Origin: Eledone cirrhosa
Lineage: Eukaryota
Assembly (NCBI GenBank): GCA_964016885.1
Contig: OZ024741.1
Span: 383,222,001 to 383,286,000, forward strand
Length of the DNA: 64,000 nucleotides
Direction of reading: 5' to 3'
The notes under the pieces are model-generated. The model was not told where the DNA came from. It saw only the letters and a list, made by a program, of their open reading frames with translations, and searched no databases. The translations under genes and the position numbers were made by a program. Below are positions 28,908 to 42,319 of this stretch, in pieces; within the stretch, counting starts at the first letter, position 1; every line of letters starts with the position of its first letter.

Positions 28908-28912
<5 letters not shown>
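28490..28912. repeat. Head-to-head pLTR palindrome centred at 28748
   Basis: Arms about 28583-28747/28749-28912, with HHRs at 28620-28686 (-) and 28811-28877 (+). Confidence 0.9.
28811..28877 (+). ncRNA. Type I hammerhead ribozyme
   Basis: ttttat-CTGATGA-aaacacaaatgttatt/gatgatatttgttttt-GAAA-tgcgct-TA-ataaaa. Confidence 0.75.
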
Positions 28913-28948
<36 letters not shown>

Positions 28949-29033
28949 AAAAATTGAACAGGGACAGAACAGAGAGGCAGTACGACAAATGTTTATTAGA
29001 TTCACGCTCAGGAGAGTGGGGGGTAGGTTGAGG

Positions 29034-29065
29034 AAGACGTTTCGGTCATAAGCCCTTCTTCAGGT
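29034..29065 (-). ncRNA. Minimal hammerhead, 3' pLTR copy (stem mismatches)
   Basis: CTGAAGA-a-gggc-ttat-gacc-GAAA-cg-TC. Confidence 0.7.
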
Positions 29066-29897
29066 AAGAGTTCAAAAGGTGTGTAGGGGAGTGGTGGAGA
29101 GACATATAGCGAAAGGAAACGGTGCGAATGAAAAATTAACAAATAAAGACAAAAATATAATAAATAATAAATAAAAATAAAGCATGATCAAAATACAAGG
29201 AATGAGAACATTTAAAAATAAAGGCATGATCAAAATAAACTGAAATTAAAAGGGGGGTAAACAGGTGGTGGAAGGGTGTGGGGTGAGTAGAGGTGGAGGC
29301 GGGTGGAGTGGGGAGAGGGAGACGGGGTGTCCGAGCGGGGAGGGCTGAAGGTGGTGTGTGTGGTTAGGTGTGCGTGTGTGTGTGTGTGTGTGTATGTGAA
29401 AGTGAGGGTTGGGGGAAGAACGGGGTTGCATGTTCAGGAAGGTGTGTGTGGGGGGTGTTTTTGTGTGTCGGAGGGTCTGTGCGTGTGTGGATAGGGGGTG
29501 GGGAGAGAGGAATCAGGGGGCTGAGGGTGTAAATATGTGGTGGGAAGCACGTGTGTGTGGTTTAAGCGTGTTGTGGGTGTGGGTGGCGTGTGGATAAAAA
29601 AAATTGTTTTGGGATGTGTGTGTGGGTGAGTTATATAGGTGATGGTGTTAGAGGATGGTTGAAAGTGGTAAGTTACACGGATGTATGGAGATTTTGGTTG
29701 GAAGTCAAAACGCGTGTGGGTAATCCAAGAAGCGGTGGTCGGAAGAGGAGAGATGTGGGGTGCGCGCGCAACAGGAAGTGGTCAGCAGTGGAAGTGCTGT
29801 GGTCAGTTGGTGCTGAGACAGTGGTCGGAAGGGCATAGCAGCAGTCAGCGGAATGGTAGGGAGGCGAGGATGGGTAGGTGTGAGAGTTGGAGTGAGG

Positions 29898-29958
<61 letters not shown>

Positions 29959-30435
29959 TAGTAGGGATGTGGGTGGGATGAGTGAGTGTGGAGTGGGGAG
30001 AGAAGGGTGTGTGTGGTTCTATGGAGGGAGTGTGGTGTACTGGTGTGTGTGTAGTTTGGTGAGGAGGTGTTAGTGGGTGTTAGTAGACGGGAGGTGGGGA
30101 GGGGTGGAATGCAGGTATGAGTGGGGGTTGGTGGGGGTAGGGTGTGTAGAGTTGGTGGTGTACGAGGGTGTGTGGGTACGTGTGCGTGGGGATGGAGGGT
30201 GTTAGTGATGTTAGTTGCGTGTGGGGTGGGTGGTGTAAGTGTGTGCGTGTGATAAGGAGGGGGGAGGAGGAGAAGAGGGGAGGGAAGGGATGTTAGTATG
30301 TTAGTTGGGGAAGGGTGGTTAGATGAGGGGTGGAGTGGAGGTGTTAGTATTGTTAGTGTGGGGTGGGCGGTGAAAAGGAGGGGTGTGTTAGTGGTGTTAG
30401 TGGGGGATAAGTGGGGGAGGGGGGGCGGTCGAACG

Positions 30436-33228
30436 CTAAAGGAATAAGGGTGGGGAGTTCAGGCCGGGGGGGAGTGTGGGTCTGTAAGAGGAAGATAGTA
30501 CGTTGTTCGACCGTGAGGCGATGGGCGGGTGTTCCGTGGCACTGGAGTAGGCCACAGACTGTGAGATGGTGTGCGGAGTGTCCAGGGCCACCAAAGCGGC
30601 GGGCGATGGGGGAACTGCCCCCGAGACGAATGTCCCGGAGGTGCTCCGTGACTCGGTCCGCCAGGCGGCGTCCCGTCTGTCCGACATAAGTCGCGCTGCA
30701 CCTCGTGCAACGAAGTCCGTAGACTAGGTTGGAGGAGGTGCAGCGGAAGGCATGCCGGACCGAGAGAGAGTGGCCGTTGGGACCCTGGAAGGTGGTGGTG
30801 TTGGTGATGTGGGGACAGGTGTTGCAGCGGGGCCTAGAACAGGGGAAGGAACCGGGGGGGGGGGAAACGGAGCGTGGGTTGGGGGGTAGGGAGCTGTGGA
30901 CGAGGAGGGTGCGGAGATTGCGTGCGCGTTTGAAGGAGGGGAGTGGTGGGGTTGGGAAGATGTGGGAGGTGGAGGGGTCGGACTGGAGGTGTCGGAAGAG
31001 GCGGCGGATGGTGCGGTGGAGGGGTAAGGTGGAGGGGTGGTAGGTGATGGGGAAGGGGAGACGGTGGGTGGGTGTGCGGTGGCGTGGGGTGAGGGTGGTA
31101 GAGCGGGGGATAGCAGAGCGGTGTGGACGAGAGAGGGGGGGTAACCTCTGCGGATGAAATGGCTGACTAGGGAAAGGGCTTGGGACTCGAAGTCAGCATC
31201 TCGGCTACAGAGGCGGCGGATCCTGAGAAGTTGGGAGTAGGGAATGGAGAGTTTAGTGTGGGTGGGGTGGGAAGAGGTGAAGTCGAGGTAAGAGTGGGAG
31301 TCGGTGGGTTTGAAGAAGGCGGAGGTGACGAGGGAGTGGTGGGAGGGGTCGAAGGCGACGGAGATGTCCAAGAAGTGGACGTGGGTGGTGGAGATGGAGG
31401 TGGTGAAGTGGAGGGAGGGGTGGAAGGAGCAGAAGAAGGAGAGAAAGGAGTCGAGCTGTACTCGGTGAGGGTCGTGGCTCCGATACAGTCGTCAATGTAA
31501 CGACCGTACAGTTCGGGCGTGGGGCCGGTGTACTGGGCAAAGATTTGGGCCTCAACATGGCCAACAAAAAGGTTGGCATAGTTCGGGCCCATTCTTGTGC
31601 CCATGGCTACCCCCGTGACCTGTTGGTAAAACTCACCCGAGAAGGAGAAACAATTTAGGGTGAGGACCAGCTCGGCGAGGCGAAGGAGGGTGGGGGTGGA
31701 GGGAATGGGGGAGGGGCGAAGGTCGAGGTAGTGTTTGAGGGCGCGAAGGCCGTCGGCGTGGGGGATGACGGTATAGAGGGACTTGATGTCTAGGGTGAAG
31801 AGGAATGGCTGAGGGCCGGGTAGGTAGGTGAAGGAGTCGAAAAGGCGCAGGGCGTGGTTGGTGTCAGAGATGTGGGAGGGGAGGGTGGTGACAAGGGGGG
31901 CGAGGAGGGAGTCGAGAAAGGCGGAGATGAGTTCGGTGGGACAGTTGCAAGCGGAGACGATGGGACGGTCGGGGTTGTCGGGTTTGTGGAGTTTGGGGAG
32001 GAAGTAGATGGTGGGGGTGCGGGGTGTGCGGACGATGAGGTGGGAAGCGGTGGGGGGAGGAGGGAGGAGGCGATAAGGTCTTTGATGGTGGAGGAGACTT
32101 GTTGTTGGTAGAGGGGGGTGGGATCGGAGGGTAGAGGGCGGTAAAAGAGGGGGTTACAGAGCTGCCTGAGGGCTTCGGCCTTGTAGAGGTCCGCGCGCCA
32201 TACCACCACGGCGCCTCCCTTGTCCGCCGGTTTGATGACGATGTCATCTCGGCTACGGAGGGAGCGGAGAGCGAGGAGTTCGCCCCGTGAGATGTTGTGC
32301 CGTTTGGAACGGTGGCGGAAGTCGAAACGATTTACTGCGCTACGGCTGGCATCGACGAAGGCGTCCAGGGTGCTAAATTGCCCTGGGGCCGGCGTCCAAG
32401 AAGATGGTCGTCGGCCCAGGGCGAGAAATGGGTCTGGGGCGTCCGGAGCCGGTGGCGTTTGACCGAAATGTGCCTGTAGCTTAGTGCGTCGCACGAATCG
32501 CTCGACTTCCGTTCGGGTGCGGAACTCGTCGCTGAGCGGAGTGTGGGGTATGAAGCGAAGGCCTCTACTAAGGAGTGAGCGCTCAGGTGCGGAGAGGGGG
32601 AGGTCAGGGGGTATGGTGACAACAAGGGGTGGGGTTTGGGTGTTAGGGGAGGGAAGGGAGGGTGTGGTGAGGGGTGGAGGTTGGGTGGGGGTGGCGGTCG
32701 GGGGAGAGGTGGGGAGTGGTGGGCGTATGGGGATGGGCGGATGGTGGTGGATGGGAGGGGGGAGGGGAGGAGTGAGTGTAGCTTGCGGCCTTTGGTGGAG
32801 CTGAGGAACGAGAAGAGGTTGTGGTTGAGGTTGTGGATGAAGGAGAGGATGGCTTGGGCGAGGAGGGGGTGGCAGGTGGAGTAAAGGCGGAGGAGGGTGG
32901 GGGTCAGTTGGTGGTCAAGTAGGCGGAGGGTGGAACGGGAGGCGCGGATGGAGTTGCGCATCAGAAGGCGGGAGGATCGGGTGAGGATACGTTGCGAGGA
33001 GGGGGAGGCAGCGGGGGAGGGGTGGAAGTGTAGACGGAAGCCAAGGGGGATAAGGTGGAGGCGGAGGCAGTGGCTGAGGAAATGGATGTGGCTGGAGTGC
33101 CGGGTTTTGGCGAAGAGAAGGTAGGAGAGTTGAAGGGCGGATGGGAGATAGCAGGGTGGAAGGAGGGGGGTGAGGAAAAGTTTGAGGCGATTGTGGAGTT
33201 GGTGGAGAAAGGATCTCAGGTTGGCCAT
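30436..33228 (-). pseudogene. PLE polyprotein (RT + Zn knuckle + GIY-YIG), frameshifted
   Basis: IKPADKGGAVVVW, LPKLHKP..RPIVS, DIKSLYT, GVAMGTRMGPNYANLF, RYIDD, FKPTDSHSYL, CSRPRCNTC, RCTRC..YVGQTGRRLADR, GLN. Confidence 0.9.
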
Positions 33229-33776
33229 GATGGGCGTTGGGTGAAAGCAGGGGGGGGGGGGGAAGAGGGCGGGGTGGAGTGAACGAAGGGGTGAGTGCGA
33301 AGGATAGGCAGAGACGGGGATGGGAAAAGGAACCAGAAAAACGTGGGGAGGGGGGGAGTAAACACCGGAAAATTAAAGACAAAAAATCATAAAGGTAATA
33401 ACACAGGCGATCGTGAACAAAAATTCATAGAAATATCATAAAGGTAATGACACAGGCGATCGTGAACAAAAAATCATGGAATACAATTGTAGGAACACAG
33501 GCAAAGAATCATATACGGAAAAAAAGGGGTACGGTAACAAAATCAAACAGAGGTAATGCGTGGAAGGAAAGACAAAGTGTGGGAAGGTGTGTAAAGTTCG
33601 GAGAAAGGTCACGGCGGATTAGATCGGGGTTGAGCCGGTTGTTAAGTTGTTCCAAGGATGGAGGCCGTGTGAGCGTGTGTTTTGTATAATAAAAAATTGA
33701 ACAGGGACAGAACAGAGAGGCAGTACGACAAATGTTTATTAGATTCACGCTCAGGAGAGTGGGGGGTAGGTGGAGG

Positions 33777-33808
33777 ACGACGTTTCGGGCATAAGCCCTT
33801 CTTCAGGT
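33777..33808 (-). ncRNA. Minimal hammerhead, 5' pLTR copy (intact core)
   Basis: ac-CTGAAGA-a-gggc-ttat-gccc-GAAA-cg-TC-gt. Confidence 0.85.
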
Positions 33809-34668
33809 AAGAGTTCAAAAGGTGTGTAGGGGAGTGGTGGAGAGACATATAGCGAAAGGAAACGGTGCGAATGAAAAATTAACAAATAAAGACAAAAATA
33901 TAATAAATAATAAATAAAAATAAAGCATGATCAAAATACAAGGAATGAGAACATTTAAAAATAAAGGCATGATCAAAATAAACTGAAATTAAAAGGGGGG
34001 TAAACAGGTGGTGGAAGGGTGTGGGGTGAGTAGAGGTGGAGGCGGGTGGAGAGGGGAGAGGGAGACGGGGTGTCCGAGCGGGGAGGGCTGAAGGTGGTGT
34101 GTGTGGTTAGGTGTGCGTGTGTGTGTGTGTGTGTGTATGTGAAAGTGAGGGTTGGGGGAAGAACGGGGTTGCATGTTCAGGAAGGTGTGTGTGGGGGGTG
34201 TTTTTGTGTGTCGGAGGGTCTGTGCGTGTGTGGATAGGGGGTGGGGGGAGAGGAATCAGGGGGCTGAGGATGTAAATATGTGGTGGGAAGCACGTGTGTG
34301 TGGTTTAAGCGTGTTGTGGGTGTGGGTGGCGTGTGGATAAAAAAATTTGTTTTGGGATGTGTGTGTGGGTGAGTTATATAGGTGATGGTGTTAGAGGATG
34401 GTTGAAAGTGGTAAGTTACACGGATGTATGGAGATTTTGGTTGGAAGTCAAAACGCGTGTGGGTAATCCAAGAAGCGGTGGTCGGAAGAGGAGAGATGTG
34501 GGGTGCGCGCGCAACAGGAAGTGGTCAGCAGTGGAAGTGCTGTGGTCAGTTGGTGCTGAGACAGTGGTCGGAAGGGCATAGCAGCAGTCAGCGGAATGGT
34601 AGGGAGGCGAGGATGGGTAGGTGTGAGAGTTGGAGTGAGGAGGGTGTGTGTGTGTGTGTGTGTGTGTA

Positions 34669-34708
<40 letters not shown>

Positions 34709-34777
34709 TAAAATGATAGATCACACATGAGAAGTCTATATCTCGGAAACAAACCACCCCACCGAATACTAAAGTAG

Positions 34778-34842
<65 letters not shown>

Positions 34843-34846
<4 letters not shown>

Positions 34847-35450
34847 TATGAAGAGAGAAGAAACATTTAGATATAATTAGTAATAAAATGTATCATACCT
34901 AAACTGTTCCTAAATTCCTCGACTACGTAGTTTCGTGGCATAAACAAAAACAATATATCAAAGATATAGAGTCCTTGCGAGGTCTGCCGACTTATCAAGA
35001 GGATACCTCATTTTACTAGTCTCAAGAACGCGTCTACACGACGTGAGAAAGAATCCCAAAAGGCGGAGGGGGAGATAGTCACGCGATATAACGGTCGAGA
35101 AACCGAGCTAAGCCTCTTATAACCACGAAGAAAATACCACGGAGGCGGAGGGGGTATTCATATCGAGGCCGTAGAAGAGGTAGTGAAGAAGGCGAGAAGT
35201 ATGAGTAATGGAAGCTTTCCAGGTGTCCCCACACTTGTTTTTGTTTATGCCACGAAACTACGTAGTCGAGGAATTTAGGAACAGTTTAGGTATGATACAT
35301 TTTATTACTAATTATATCTAAATGTTTCTTCTCTCTTCATAATGTATTTTTAACTCTGATACTGGTTCAGTCTGGTTCAAACTGAATTGGTCTGTCCCAG
35401 TCATTCATTGAGCAACATCGGTGAAGTTGGCACCCTTAACTCACAGTTGG
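34843..35450. mobile_element. PLE pLTR fold-back
   Basis: Apparently perfect ~110-bp inverted repeat 34843-34953/35235-35345, flanked by (TA)n. Confidence 0.8.
34916..35003 (-). ncRNA. Type I hammerhead ribozyme, U3-A8 core variant
   Basis: tcctc-TTGATAA-gt(c)ggca...tgccac-GAAA-ctacgtag-TC-gagga. Confidence 0.8.
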
Positions 35451-35500
35451 GTGCGGATGCATTCATGTATATATGTGTGTGTCCGCATGTATCTGTGTGT

Positions 35501-35587
<87 letters not shown>

Positions 35588-36098
35588 AATTTGAGGGTCA
35601 TGATTGGGTGTGCTTGAGTGAGTGTTTGAAAATCTAAATTGCTTTACAATATTTATCACCATTACTTTATGTTCTTAGTTTAAATTGTTCGTGATCTCAT
35701 ATTACCTTTTCTCTCTCTCAGAGACTGTTAAAATAAAAGGCGATCATCTAATGGAATCTGTGGTACTTTGCCAAACTTGGTGAATTTTGCTGAAAGCATG
35801 ATCGTATGTGCATTTTAATGTTTGTGTATCTTTGATTATTTGTATGTATCAGAATTTCAATCGCACTTCTTTCTATCCAGAATAGTTTTTGAAGCAATTG
35901 TTTTCTTTAACCCTATAACGTACAATGTTAAATCATATTGACGCTGTTATGGGAGAAAGAATTAAACTGAAACATTGTATGCGCTCCATCGGGTTTTGAC
36001 TTTTGGACAATGGAATTCCATCTAACCATAGTTGCTGAACTATTGACGTTTGCATTTTATATATATATAAGTGTGTGTGTGTGCATGTGTGTGTGTGT

Positions 36099-36205
<107 letters not shown>

Positions 36206-36289
36206 ATACATATTGCTTTAACTCTGGTGGTGTTTCATCACCTGATATATCGATTCATTCCGTATAGTTACACAGCATGTAACAGTAGG

Positions 36290-36685
36290 AAAGTGCTCGA
36301 CGTTACGCAACTCATCATGTTGGTGGTGCGGGAACAGTGTTAATTAATATTAAGTAAAATGACAGGAGGCTGGACTGGCAAAATCCTTCAAAGTGTTATG
36401 CCTGAAAACACTATATACATTTCTGGGGCCATGCCACGCACGATCCTGNNNNNNNNNNNNNNNNNNNNNNNNNNNNNNNNNNNNNNNNNNNNNNNNNNNN
36501 NNNNNNNNNNNNNNNNNNNNNNNNNNNNNNNNNNNNNNNNNNNNNNNNNNNNNNNNNNNNNNNNNNNNNNNNNNNNNNNNNNNNNNNNNNNNNNNNNNNN
36601 NNNNNNNNNNNNNNNNNNNNNNNNNNNNNNNNNNNNNNNNNNNNNNNNTGCCACGCACGATCCTGGTGACATCATCTGTTGTCAA
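36290..36685 (-). mobile_element. pLTR remnant with an HHR (family of 4671-4865), split by the assembly gap
   Basis: CAGATGA-tgtcaccagg...GAAA-tgtata-TA and a downstream tail colinear with 4683-4862. Confidence 0.7.
36449..36648. other. Assembly gap (200 N)
   Basis: N run with tgccacgcacgatcctg on both sides. Confidence 1.
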
Positions 36686-36957
36686 ATGCTGGGGCCAGCA
36701 AACGCTCTTTATGAAAATGAATTTCAACAGATCATGAACATAATTGAAATTCCATAAGAATCCAGTTTCTATAGCCTACAGCAAAGGGGAAGGGATATGT
36801 AGTCTTGACAACCACTAGTAAGTGATAAACGATCATGCCCAAATTTCTTCCCTTTCTTTTTGCTGACGCTGGATATGCGACATCAGTCACAACTTTAAAT
36901 TCATAGCGAAAGGCATTCAAAATGTTTTTAAATAAACATACAGTATATTATTAAGTA

Positions 36958-38058
36958 CTAGCTGAATTACCCGGCGTTGCCCGGCTTACGGCTGTTCTTA
37001 TTCAGATTAGTAAACAATAAATATGACGAAATGTTTTTTTTTCTTATAATTATTTCAAAATATCTATATTCTATTTTTAAAAATATCGAAATTACAATGA
37101 TAATAGAATTTAGAAATGAAAATCTGTCAATCTTGAAGCAGATTAAGGTCAATAATATTCATTGTGTTAACAATATTCATGCATGTGTAGATGTGTGTGT
37201 GTATTTAATAATGTACCTAATGAATGCACAAACACACACACTCACAGACACATACATATTCATATACAAAATGTGACGTCCTATTGTTTTAATCCAAACA
37301 AAATAAAAATTATCAAACATACACTCACTCACACATACACTCACACTCACATAAACTCACACACACACATACACTCTCACATACACTCACACACGCTCTC
37401 ACATACATATACTAAGACAAACACACACAGACGTACATTCAGGCTCACCTGTCTGTCATCACATATGTATCTGTATGTGTAGATGGTGGTGGTAGTGGTG
37501 GTTTACTCTAGTTGACTAAGGAAAATATCGTTATGTCAGTCAACACACATACACTCTCACACACATACACTCTCACATAAACTCTCACACACATACACTC
37601 TCACATACACTCTCACACACATACACTTTAACATACATAAACTAACACAGACACATACACATACATATACTGACAGACACATACACATACAAAATGTGAC
37701 GTCTGCACTCTCACATACACTCACACGCATTATGTGTATTTATGTATGGATGTGCGTGTGTTTAATTCTCAGAGGCCTAACATACATAACGAACGCACAA
37801 AAGCACCCACTCACAGACACATTCACACTCATTTACAAAATGTGAGTCGTCGTAGTCGTGGTGGTGGTTTACTATAGTTGACTATAAAAATATTATTTTA
37901 GATAAAATCTTATATCGTTTTAATCCAAATGAAAATAAAAATTACACGTTGTAACCCCCAGGTCTAATACTATTAAATTTGATTTGATTTGGTTCAGCCG
38001 TTAGAGAATGCATAGGAACAGACAGCCAGACAGACAAAGTATTCTATATAGAGAGAGA
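36958..38058 (-). mobile_element. Non-autonomous Helitron
   Basis: Minus strand starts A|TC at 38058 and ends with hairpin ccgg-gcaacg-ccgg followed by CTAG|T at 36958. No TSD. Internal (CA)-rich repeats. Confidence 0.75.
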
Positions 38059-38065
38059 TACAATG

Positions 38066-38119
<54 letters not shown>

Positions 38120-38152
38120 TATGTGTGCATGTATGAGAGAGAGTATGTGTGT

Positions 38153-38235
<83 letters not shown>

Positions 38236-38746
38236 TGTGTGTGTGTGTGTCAGCGTTTGTGTTAGGGTGTAATTTAGTTTAACACGTTAAACACATTTCT
38301 TAACCTTGCATAAGCTACACAAATAAACAATATATATTTTGTGCAAATTAACATATTCTACTGTAAATATTTTGCTATTACGAAATAATGAATAAACGAC
38401 CGCATATGAAATCATATATTGCTTTTTGGTTTTATAGAATACGAGAGGAATTTCGCAATGTTTATCTCTTATTAGTGAATATCTATGACCAGGTATTTTG
38501 TTGTTAATGTATTTATCACTTCTGGTGGATTTCAGTTATGATGTAAAGTATTTCACCACCGTTTTGCATTAGGAGTCACCGTTTTTAATAATAAATATTA
38601 TTTTAAAATTATGCTGAAATGTTATTCTTCAGGGCAATATCAGTTATATATCACATTAGAAATTCTACTATTGTAAGAAACATTAAAAATAGCATATATT
38701 TTCTGATCCATTCCTAGCTCAAGAAACTGATATGTTTATACAAATA

Positions 38747-38926
38747 TAATTGTTTCTACTTTTGGCACAAGGCCAGTAATTATCCAGTACATTACTGGTA
38801 TTTTATTTGATCGAGCTCGAAAGGATGAAAGGCAAAGTTAACCTCGGCGGGATTTGAACTCAGTCCGTAAAGGGACGTAACTATGCTGGAAAGCATGGCG
38901 TCCGACTCTCTACCGATACTGCCAAT
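38747..38926 (-). mobile_element. SINE copy
   Basis: Matches the family consensus seen at 2212-2400 and 57400-57587. Confidence 0.85.
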
Positions 38927-40154
38927 AATGTCATACATTGTAATTTGTATGCCTTTTCAGAACTATTGATTGTGAAAACGAAAGGGGGATTGCATCAATT
39001 TAAAGTGAAATATTTTACTGGGACATTGCTGTTTCTTTTATGGGCGCCTCCAATGACAATATTGTATTTGTCAATATATTCTATGTTTAGTAAATGATCA
39101 CGGTGATATAGATTTGTTTTCTGCATGGTATTTTCCTACTAATATAGAAAACATACAATTATGAGTAACCTGTGTGTTATACCAAAGTTATTGAAAGATA
39201 AGGCTAAATCTGCCACAAAACTCCTCTCTGTATTCTTAAAACAAAACACATATTAGATAAATGTAATCCTATCACTAAATAGAAAAAAACATTATGTTAA
39301 GGGTGGCCCCTGGTTATTGAGTGCTGGCCAGATCTTACGTAGGACAGGGCAACTCTGTACACTCAGAAGAAGATTAAAATATTTGCATGGACGGTGGACG
39401 GTTTGCTATGTACTTTTAAGATATTGTTACATTCTGTATTCCTCATATTAACAAGCTTGTGAAACAATGTAATTGATCTCTCTTGGAAATTAATTCTTGC
39501 CTTTTTTCACAAATCCTACTAAATGTTCACCCATCAGCTCACAATAAATCCTACGATATATGGGAGTTTATCATGTGTTCAAATCATCTGATTACAGTCA
39601 ATGAATTTAATAATCCCGTACCTTTCAAGTGGTTTCAAAAATTCAATGTTCGATTGTCAGCATTGAGGTTTTTTGAGGCCCTGATATCTCTAACCCAATG
39701 TCCTAGTATTTGTGTTCGGATAAATGGTACTAAATCATAACCATTCCGTGGGAATCGGACTGTATAATCTTCATGAACATGATTGTCATGCGCAGTCGGG
39801 CTGGAAATGATATGACTACTGGCCAGTGTAAGATGAGGTGGCTGTAATTTGTAGGTGACATGGTATTATACCTCGTCAGAAAGGGATCACCGATATGGAC
39901 TTGACAAGTATGATGCCGAGTGCTATACAAATGAACATCATTGCTACGATGACACTTGTCCTCTCGTGGAAGCCTGCGCAGTGCACTCTACCTGTGGGTA
40001 GAGTTCCGCTGACGCAGATGGAGAGTTTCAGGAAAATCTGTGTCCACGAGTGATGGAAAGCAGGAATCTGAATTAAGTGCAAGCATTGCATGAGCTGGTG
40101 CATTATTGCGCACATTTTAGTATTCGCTAATCAGAATGGAGACAGGTGTAAAAG

Positions 40155-40320
40155 CCAAACTCGATTTATTCAATTCGGTATTCATGCCAACCCTTATCTA
40201 TGCTTGTAAATCTTGAGTAATGACCGAACGAATACGATCCCGAATACAAGCGTTCGAATTATGGTTCCTCCGAAGGGTCTTTGATGTAAAGTTACTCAAT
40301 ATTGTTGGGATATCAGAAAT
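40155..40320 (+). mobile_element. RTE LINE fragment
   Basis: Similar to about 1250-1400 (FMPTLIYACKS*VMTERIRSRIQAFELWFLRRV). Confidence 0.6.
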
Positions 40321-41823
40321 GTTTCGGTTATTCTTTAAAAACATATATATATATGTATATATAATGTTATAAACAAGCCATATATGGTATTATAGCCTTT
40401 GTTCGAATCCAAATTGTATGCTCTGTTAAAGTGAATATAGTATTTTAAATACTGAACGAAGGCCCTGAGATAGTAGATTTTTTAAAGACATGCGTTAGAA
40501 TTGTTACTTTGCTATAAGGTACTGAAAACAATGAACAAGTCACCATCCAGTCACCCAACCTGCAAGGATTAACATCCGATTATCGCTCAAAACTGTCCTA
40601 ATGTTTTAAAAAGGAAAATAATCCACAGGATCTAGAAGCGTTGTGCCTGAAACAGGAACGATCTGATCAAGTATGGTATGCCATTAATCACTATTTTACT
40701 CGAATAAATCTAACCTTGTGTTGAACAATATCAACGTTTGGGAATTAATTAACATTCTACATTTGGGAATTATTTTCAATATTTAAACCTCATGCATGCT
40801 TTATATTTAACATATGATTGTATGTATTTGCTATGTTCCTTCTTTTATATCACTTCCTTTTAATTATTTGCATACATTTCACGTTCAATGCTGATATTTT
40901 ATTAATTGACTTGAAAACAAACGTAAAACATGTGGGAATTAAAAGTATTCTGACATGCATTTACGAAATGATATTTTTAGAAAAACATTGATCAAATAAA
41001 AAATCTATTAGGTATGGTTATTTATTTGTCATCTTTTCTTTCCTTTTCTGTATTTTATTACATGTTCACAGTTTTTAGAGTATTACTCTCTCGGATAACA
41101 TACATTTTTATTTGTCGTATCACCACAAATAATATATCCCCCAGAGTATCTATTAATTTTAATGTTGATTCTTCTGAATGTTTATACCTATCGAACATTT
41201 CACAATGTTTCTTTTTCTGTCGTTTTTCTCGACATTTTCTCATCATCAATGATGTTATTAGATTTTTGTTCTCAGACGAGCGACTACTTAGAGATAAATA
41301 ATGTCTATCTACTAATTTCTCTGGGTATTTTTTCTATCGATTTGCTCTATTTTAAGTGGAAATATTATCGATTTTTAAGCTAGTTAACAACACAAAATCA
41401 GGACAAAGTTTTTCGTCACAGCATTTCACTGAAAGAGAATGAGACAAATCTTATTCAAAACAATAACTAAGTTCGTCTGTAGCTTAGCTTATCAAAGAAT
41501 CATAAAATCTATAATAACGTTACAGAAATTGATCACGAACAGACGATAGAAATGTATGTGGTTTGTATTTGACGAAATATACACATACAAACAAATTTCA
41601 CGTTGATATGGTTATTCATGTAAAACCATAGACTGAGAGTATCTATTTTTAAAGGTAGTGTATTTCAATTATAAGAAAATATGTTATTCAATTTGTTAAA
41701 AAGAATTTGAGACACAACAATATTTTTTTTTTCATATAACAAGGACTAGAACTAATACTAAAATACTAATACTATTAACACTACTGGCTGAATGCCAGAA
41801 ACTATGCTTATATTTACATATAC

Positions 41824-41938
<115 letters not shown>

Positions 41939-42319
41939 AGAGGTGGAGACTGAATGAGTGATTAGTTCAGAGAACTTTTCAAGAGAATTCTTCTAGACAA
42001 ACTTTTTCTATAGAAACTCCTTTTATCCGTAGAATATGTTCCATGTTCAACGGTTTTTATACATTGTTATGTACCTAACTATATGGAAGCAAAACTGCTT
42101 TCAACATGTATCCGAATAGACACGTATAGGGTGAATATAAGAAATAATCTTACTGTTAGTTTATATTCGCCGGAGGATCGAAAATGTGAAAGCTCAACGT
42201 AGTGATTCACACAGACTAAGCTCTAAATAATAATACGTATATTCAGGCATATAACTACGCATCTGCTTCATAAGATAACCATTTTCATCAATGTAAAAGA
42301 ATAAATATTTTAAATCTAT

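Larger units (their letters stand above)
28942..34666 (-). mobile_element. Near-complete GC-rich Neptune-type PLE in partial-tandem arrangement
   Basis: ~1-kb direct repeats 28942-29925/33685-34666 flank an RT+GIY-YIG frame. HHR in each repeat. Confidence 0.93.

Noticed and set aside
29246-33689. Plus-strand and alternative-frame Gly/Pro-rich ORFs, and possible contamination
   Set aside because: Shadows of the C-rich PLE coding strand. The element is embedded in host-type microsatellites with PLE architecture
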